A stretch of DNA of 64,000 nt from Octopus vulgaris (taxonomy: Eukaryota). Shown in pieces: positions 56,079 to 64,000 of this stretch. The notes beneath the pieces were generated by a model that was not told the origin of the DNA, did not search any database, and was given only the letters and a program-made list of their open reading frames with translations. The translations under genes and the position numbers were made by a program. The stretch's first letter is position 1. Each line of letters opens with the position of its first letter. Location of the stretch: assembly GCA_951406725.2 (NCBI GenBank), contig OX597826.1, positions 19,220,001 to 19,284,000 on the forward strand. The letters are read 5' to 3'.

Positions 56079-56939
56079 TATTATTCAGAAGATACTTGTA
56101 GCTAGATATTATGATAATGAAATATCCCCGTAGCTCTGCATTAAATTACTAAATTACCAAGGTATGCTAGAATTTCAGTATCGTATAATTATGATCTACT
56201 ATAATAATACTCTTGTGTTTTTCTCCGTCACAACATATGAATGAGAAAGGAAGGGATGATAGATGAAGAACGAAGGAAGGAGTGATAGCAAACTTAGTAG
56301 TGGGATGATGGAAATTCTACTGTGAAAAAAAAAATCAAACAGCGTTTCAAATCTGTGTGAGTATATGTGTGTGTGTATGTAAAAGGGAGGTCTGTGAATG
56401 TGTGTGTGTATGTGCAATGGAAGAGGGATGGTGAACATTCAACGCTGAAAAGAAAAATTAAACAGCGTTTCAACTCTGTGTGTATGTGTGTGTGCGTGTA
56501 CAAGGAAAGTATGTGAATGTTTGCACGTGTGAACCAGTGTTCTTTCAGTAATTAACGATGATCGATGTCACATCTCAAAAGACAACCATTAGATAACATT
56601 GACAAGTGTATCAATTTGATTTACCATCCATTTTCTATCTGTTTTGTTAAAAATAATTATTACAATCACACACTCTACACAAACATATACAAACTCATTA
56701 GAGAAAATAATTACTGCCTGAGTGAATCAAGAATATAAAACGACTGCAGTTGAAAAGTATATTATAAATACACATTTAACAGTTCAAACATGTGCCTAAT
56801 TTATCTATATTGAGAAATTTATGTAATAAATTTTGAATAGGGGAGTTTTTACAATATCAACCCTAAGTCACGGACTGCTTTTTGTGGCTTTAAATCGTAT
56901 GAGCTTAGGTTGGTTTCAGTAATGGAGAGCACAACTGAA

Positions 56940-57204
56940 AGGAAATGTTGCTTCGAAAAAGTTGGTATCTACTTGCCAGCTTTTGTATTTAGTCATGGCC
57001 AACTTTATGTGACCTTAAGCCATACAAGAAGGAAGGAAAGCTTTAAAATTCTTTTAAAGGAAACAAGCAACCAAAGGATATTAGTTGTGGGTAGATTTTT
57101 CACAAAAAGTTTGCTAATAAAATAATTATTAAACTAAAAACTTGGTTTTATACCTTATTTATATATACAAAAAGCACAATTAGCTGTCGTTTTTTGACAG
57201 CTAG
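56940..57204 (+). mobile_element. Helitron 3' relic (Pif1 helicase motif and terminus)
   Basis: FEKVGIYLPAFVFSHGQLYVTLS; terminal hairpin tagctgtc..gacagcta ending CTAG|t. Confidence 0.75.
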
Positions 57205-57934
57205 TTATATTATAATAATGCAGTGACATATTTGACCAGGGTCATCATTTTGGTTGCCATAGTCCCGATGTTTCGGCCGTTGATGCAATGAGGTGGTGGC
57301 TATAAGCGTTGATTAAGTCTCAAGTGTGAAATGTAAAGTAGACGTGACTTCAATTCCCGTTCCAGCCAATAAGATATATACCCTGGCTCACGGGGAATGA
57401 GCAGGCGACATAACAAATAGAAAACATAACTAAAAGAAGAATATGTTTGTTGTGAACAACGGAATGGCAGCAATCTCTCTTCGTATATTAAATAAAGGTT
57501 CTAAATTTTGTGAACATTACAGAATATGATAGGTAACTGAAGCCGTTTGGAGGGTAGACGAACGGAATGTTGTGACTATAATAAATAAGATGAAGACAAC
57601 ATACCGTATATATCTGTGTATCATAATGATAATTCCTCACCCCAGAAATTCTGTCCTAAAATTATTATTGGTAGTAAGGTATTCAATAATATGGCACTAA
57701 CCTGGTACTTAAGATTCGAGCTGCCTATGGACATTTGTAGGTCTTCATTATCACATTAAGTTATCATGATACTTAGCTATTTGTGCTATTGCACAGTACT
57801 TAATTAAAGATAAAGCACAGCTGGGCATTACGCCACACCATATTAAAACATACTATACGACACTCCATTACCTTACACCATCCTGCAATAAACTCATAAA
57901 GAAAAGAAAGAGGAGAAAAGAAAAGGAAAAATAG

Positions 57935-58162
57935 CCAAGGGCTCATAAGTCCTGTTTCCCGGATTCTGTGGCGTATATATTTAGCCCCCTCTTCCTGGAT
58001 GGGACGCCGGATAACTCTTTTTTGCAGGATTACTCTTTTTTGTCAGCTGAGTGGATTGGTACAACGTGAAATGAAGTATTTTGCTCAAGAACCCAAAGAA
58101 CCATCCGGGTCAGGAATCGAAACGACAATCTTACGATCACGAGAGCAGCACACTACGCTACT
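57935..58162 (-). mobile_element. tRNA-derived SINE (third family)
   Basis: Minus strand gtgatcgtaagattgtcgtttcgattcctgacc..cttgagcaaaatacttcatttcacgttg..cactcagctg. Confidence 0.65.
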
Positions 58163-59037
58163 TTACACCACACAACACTTCAAACACCACTCCACAGTAC
58201 ACTGTACTTTATATTTACCCCACACTACCCCACACTACAATCTGTTACTCTCCTACATTACAATAATACTGCAACACACCACGCTGCATTCTATTAATCT
58301 TCAGATCTGAAAATCAAAACACAAATAACTGTCGCAAGAAGACATTTCTTTTACCTCAGGTTGATATGGATACATTTATACACAACAACAACGACAACAA
58401 CAGCACTGTTATAAGATACATCTTCAACATTCCCATTTTCACATGTCCCTCTTATTTGGTTTTCTTTTAAAAGGGGGACGCATACCCCCTGCCCTCTATA
58501 GCAGCCTCACGTCTTTTTTATGCCTTCCCCTATTCTCGTGCAATAGACGTATATGTTGCAGAGCAACAACATTGACAAGAATAACATCAGCAGCAGCGGC
58601 AGCGGCAGTAGCAGCAGCAGCAGCAGCAAAAATAACTTAACTAACACAACAATGGCAGCAACAGCAGCATCACCATCAACAGCATCACCATCAACAGCAG
58701 CCACAACAGTAACAACAAACAGCAACTGCAACGGCACACAACAAAGCAACAACAGTGACAGCATCTAGAATGATTTTTTTTTTATAAAACAACAACAACA
58801 ACAAGTACAACACCAGGTTTGGAATGTGTAGCCAGATGTAGTGCAATGGTGATAATATTATTTCATCGACCAGAAGTTCTGCTCACACAAATGCCCACCA
58901 TTGCTGCACACTCTGCCTTCTACCCAGAAATTACCCCACCCACTCCTATGTCACACGACTCCACCCTCATTCCGCCCCTCTTTCTCCGGCATAATTTCTC
59001 TCGTTCACATCGACACAGGCATACCACACACATACGC

Positions 59038-59073
<36 letters not shown>

Positions 59074-59114
59074 ATGTATGTATTTTTATGTATGTGTATC
59101 TGCTTATCGTGTGC

Positions 59115-59169
<55 letters not shown>

Positions 59170-59424
59170 CACACGATACACAGATACACATACTCACATA
59201 CAAATACATACACACACAGTTGTCATTTCTACAAACACACTCCCAGGGGTCCACACATAAACACAAACATTTCAATATTAATCCGCTGACCTTCCTCCAT
59301 ATCCAATTGTTCTTCTTCAAACGTCCTTTCTCCTGCTTCATAACCCTCGCTTTCTAAATATACGGCTCTGCACATCTCTTCCACTCCTTTACGTTTTCTC
59401 CCCTACTGTTCATCTCCCTTTCTC

Positions 59425-59455
<31 letters not shown>

Positions 59456-59662
59456 CATACATACATACATACATACATACATACATACATACATGCGTGC
59501 ATTCATTTCAGCCTTTTGTTGCATCTCACCTTCACAACCCTCATTTTATCCCCTCTTGTTATCTCACCCACATAATCACACATTAAGTAAAAGAAGTACT
59601 CAATACTGTGAGAGAGGGAATTAACAATATTTCTTCAAACCTGAGTCTGGGCAAGTTGCTAT

Positions 59663-59696
59663 CGCCTGAAACGGGAACAGGAAACTCGAAGTAGCG
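59663..59696 (+). ncRNA. Degenerate hammerhead motif (same type as 1988-2023)
   Basis: CGC-CTGA(--)A-ACG GGAA CAG-GAAAC TCGA AGT A-GCG; core deletion, probably inactive. Confidence 0.45.
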
Positions 59697-59739
59697 CCTC
59701 AGTATCGCTGAATGCACAATCATGGCCAAAAATATAATA

Positions 59740-59873
59740 TTGGTTTCAAATTTTGGCACAAAGCCAGAAAGTTTGGGGGAGGGTGTAAGTCAATTACGTT
59801 GAACCCCAGTACTCAACTGGTATTGATTTTATCGCCTCGGAAAGGATGAAATGTAAACTCGACCTTGGCGGAT
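59740..59873 (-). mobile_element. SINE family B, 3' part
   Basis: ggtttcaaattttggcacaaagccag..aaaggatgaaatgtaaactcgaccttggcgga. Confidence 0.8.
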
Positions 59874-59944
59874 TATGCACATATACAATATAAAGACATA
59901 TAAGTATAGATATGTATTTATACATGCACACACATACACACACA

Positions 59945-59987
<43 letters not shown>

Positions 59988-60413
59988 GTATTTCATGTGT
60001 GTGTATGTGTGAAAGAGAACATATCTATTTGTTAATTCATTTATTTATTTATTTACACACACACACACACACTGACATATGGGCGTAGCTAAACAACACA
60101 ACGCTCATATATCCACACTCACATATACACAAATGTATTTGTAGACACAAATATATGTGTATGTGTATGTTTATGAATGTATGTATGGATGGATGGATGT
60201 ATGGCTGGCTGGCTGGCTGAATGGCTGGCTGGCTGGATTGGATGGAGGGATGGATGCATGCATGTATGGGGGTACGTGAGTTTACCCTAATCCTAGCTTT
60301 TCGACTATCTGTCCCTCATAGAGCTTTTCTCTCTCTTTCGTTCACTCCTTGTTTATTTTCACTCTTACATTTTCCAGATCTTCCTTGCCGTATTTTACGT
60401 CTTTCCTGCTCCC

Positions 60414-60501
<88 letters not shown>

Positions 60502-63197
60502 TCTGCCATATCTTCCGACTCACGCATTGTTCTGTTGCTTTGTTTGGTGTTTCCCTAATATTCGCCACCTCACCCAGCTGGCCAGCTAATAGTGGTGTGT
60601 GGGGGTAGATGAGGCAAGGTGTGTGTGTGTGTGCGTGGAAGAGTGCAGTTTGTCATTCTGAGTCGAGGGTGTGTTTATGTAAGACTACAGTGAAAATAGA
60701 GCAGGTGTGAAGATAGAATGGAGTGGAGGAGAGAACGACAGACACGCTGAGAGACGGGAGGCGGGAATGGTTCTAGAGTGAAACAGGGTACTGTGAGAGG
60801 GGGAGTCATGGAGAGAGAGAGAGAGAGAGAGAGAGATCTAGAAGAATGGGTATTGAGTAAGAGTGATTTAAATTCCACGGTGAGAGAGAGAGAGAGTGAG
60901 AGAGAGAGAGAGAGTGAGAGAGAGAGAGAGTGAGAGAGAGAGAGAGAGAGAACAGAAAAGTAGAGTAGTGGGAGGAAATATGTGGTAGAGAAAGAAGACA
61001 GATATGTGGTAGCAAAACAAAAATTTTTAAAAATGAGGTAGAGAGAGAGAAAGAAAGAGAAGGAAAGTGAGTAGAGTGGAAGGGAGAGAGAGAGAAAGAA
61101 AGAGAAGTAAAGTGAGTAGAGTGGAAGGGAGAGAGAAGACCTTAAGAACGAGTGGAAGGTCGAGGAGACAGATATGTGGAAAACTTAGCTTGCGTTTTAT
61201 TTACGTAAATACTGATATCATATTTCAAAACCGGGAACAACAGACCCGGATTGCTGGTTGGATGGGTAGGTAGGTGATGGGTAGTTGTAATGGGATGTAG
61301 GAGGAGGATACAGAACATTGACACAGTACCCGCCTTAAGCCTCCTTGTCTTAACAATCCACCCGTCTATTGCTGAGAGGTGGTACTTTTTTCAAACGATT
61401 GTAACTATAACATTCATTACTTACTCTGTGGGCGAGCAACGTACAGTTGAGCTAAGAGCCCAAATATATCAAGTACGTGACCCGGTTTCAAGTCCTACTT
61501 GCAGTCACTTCTCATCACTTCACTTTATATCGCTAATACCCTTTAAAAAGCATAAACGTCACACTGTGTAGATCTCTCTTTCATCGTCCCTCCAATGAAT
61601 TCTAGTCTTTCTACCTACCTACCTATATATATATATATATATACATATATATGAAGTTTTAACGTTGTACAATGGAGACAAATAACCTGACAGTGCATTG
61701 AGCTTGTGGCCCAATTGAAATCCATTTTAATTTACTTGACACCATTCATCGCTTCATTCCACGAGCAATACATGAATGTCGCTCTTACCCTTGCTTTCAC
61801 CCCAGCCCTTCTAAAGAATTCCACAATCATGGCCCCTGGTGTCAAAGTAAATTCCACGCGAATTTTTCCCAGTTTAGAAAAGCTTTGTAAAAGGCATAAA
61901 AGAGTCGTCAATTTTATGTAAGAGATTATAAATTTCTTGGAAAACAAAGGGACTGGCACAGCTGGTAAATGTGTACTTCGAAGTATTGCTATATCTGTTT
62001 ATATGTCAAATCCTACCCAGACCGATGGGTATTTACTTTCATCCCTCCAGCATCAATGATAGCAACAATACACTGAATATACTGACGTCGATTCGATATA
62101 GAACACATCTTTGTCGCTCTAGCTGTGTGAAGGGAGCAAATGTAGAAATCTGAATTACCACCTTTCAAGTTAAAGCTAAGCAACTGAACACTTAGTGCTT
62201 TTATCTGTGACAAAGTAATAGCTTATCGCTCTGTCACATAGGGAAGTGTACCATCTGCTTGAAGGAAACTGGAGGTGAGATCAGCTCTGTAGAGCCTTCT
62301 TATGGAGAAAAAGATTAAAATTTTACCGATGAGTGCAGTAGTAGCACTGTATATTCGATTTGTGTGTAGCTTGGTACACAGGTTCAACATTTTAAGTTCA
62401 ATGGAAAATTAAAATCTTTAAGCTCTTCTCAGAAGAATTAAAATTGTACGAAGGAAATTAACTGGTATAAATGGAGAATCGAACCAGAGTATAGTTATCC
62501 AGCATTTCGTTAACGTTTAGCAGTAGCTCATGTCTGAACACCTTGCAATCAGCTCTCTTCCGTTACACAATATGGAAACAAAATTTTCAATGGAGGTTAA
62601 ATGCATTTGATGTGTTGTGAGTTCGTCCATAGCTTTCTAACGAAGTAAAGGAGGGCGTTCCAATTAGGCAAGTAAATATCTTATGATTTTTCTTTTTACA
62701 TGTGATGGTCCAGAAACTCTAAAATCTGAGAGAAACAATAAGTTGTGACGTTCATGCATTTTCTGAGCGATTAAGCTGAAATAAACCTCCAACCCTAGAT
62801 CAGGGTTTCGTTTGTACGCGCTCAGGTATCTATGAAATGACATACTCACAAAAATTGCAATTTCCCCACTAAGTCGAAACTTTTGAACAAATTGAAGGTG
62901 ACTAAAACGATTATGAAAGTGGATAATGACATTTAAGCTATATGAAAAGGTTTGATAATGTAAAGGAAAGAGGTTTCCACCTAGAAAAGCAGTTGCCAAG
63001 TTCGATTCTCTGAGATGTTTAAGCAGACATTGTTTAAGCAACAATGTTACAAAAACAAATTGGTTTCGCTTTGGAAAATATTGACGAAGCGAATTCAGAA
63101 AAAGACTAATTACTTAATACCTGTACAAACATAATGATTATTTTTTTTGCTCAGAAAACGATATTAACGAAAATATTATTTATTCCGCGCACATCAA

Positions 63198-63385
63198 AGA
63201 GGCAAGTTGGTAGAATCGTTGGCACGTTGGACAAAATGCAAATGGGTATTTCTACCGATTCTAAGTAAGTGAGTTCAAGTCCTGCTGAAGTCAACTTTAC
63301 CTTTCACCGTTTCGGGGTAGATAAAACAAGGTACCAGTCTTGCCCCCTCCCTCAAAATTTCTAGCCTTGTGCCAATATTAAAAAG
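63198..63385 (+). mobile_element. SINE family B, diverged
   Basis: gaatcgttggcacg..gagttcaagtcc..ctttcaccgtttcggggtagataaa..gccttgtgccaat. Confidence 0.75.
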
Positions 63386-64000
63386 AATTATTTATTCTAC
63401 GCACAGCCAAGTATATTGTAGCAATGTCCAATGGTGAGTGATTAACAGAAAAATTGATTTTATGATATTAAAGCATTAGTAAAACATAATCATCCCCAAC
63501 ATCTCTATTACCCGTTTAAAATGACATATTCCAGTGGCGAGCGCCGTCTGGTTTAGATCATAATATGATGAATTTTGCAGTTGGGTTTCAATTCTCAGAA
63601 AGCAATATTTACCTACATACACTTCGCATTGCTAACATTATTGAAAATTGTAGGAATATGACAAATTCATTTATATTCTTTCTACCAAGAGGATCAATAA
63701 CCAATTGAAAGATAATAAGTGTTATGAAAAATCAATATTAAAATAAATGCAGATATACTTTGTTTATTTCATCACAATTTGAAGTGTGTGTGTGTGTGTG
63801 TATTCGTTTATCTTTAACAAGGTTTCATAGTCATGAGAGGAGCTCTGTTCAAGGATTTTGTCGATCAGAGCAACCCTAATATTTATACAAACTGATTATA
63901 TTACAGGACATAAAGTGACACAGTATAAAGCACACATACACACACACATATGTATATGACGTATTTCTGCGCATCTTCTCGCCACAAAATTCTATACAAG

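Noticed and set aside
56300-56520. ~122-nt diverged tandem duplication
   Set aside because: Ordinary local duplication around a TG tract with no structure or ORF
61430-61500. tRNA-like sequence
   Set aside because: No cloverleaf; more likely a decayed SINE head

Overview
AT-rich eukaryotic DNA saturated with microsatellites ((TA)n, (CA)n, (TACA)n, (TTC)n, (GA)n). The SINE families and repeat landscape resemble an Octopus/cephalopod genome (inference). I found no intact protein-coding gene; almost all ORFs in the supplied track are translations of microsatellites. Recognisable coding relics are all decayed transposons: L1/Tx1, R4/Dong, RTE and CR1 LINEs, Penelope GIY-YIG fragments, Tc1/mariner transposases and a Helitron end. 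There is also one candidate EF-hand terminal exon at 23041. The main signal is about 10 minimal type-I hammerhead-ribozyme motifs (stem I - CUGANGA - stem II - GAAA - palindromic stem III - GUH - stem I'). They belong to several unrelated short Penelope-like or retrozyme-like elements, mostly sit in (TA)n tracts, and are often arranged as palindromes or tandem copies. One family carries a compensatory G3-C8 swap in the catalytic core. All folds were read by eye; nothing was computed.
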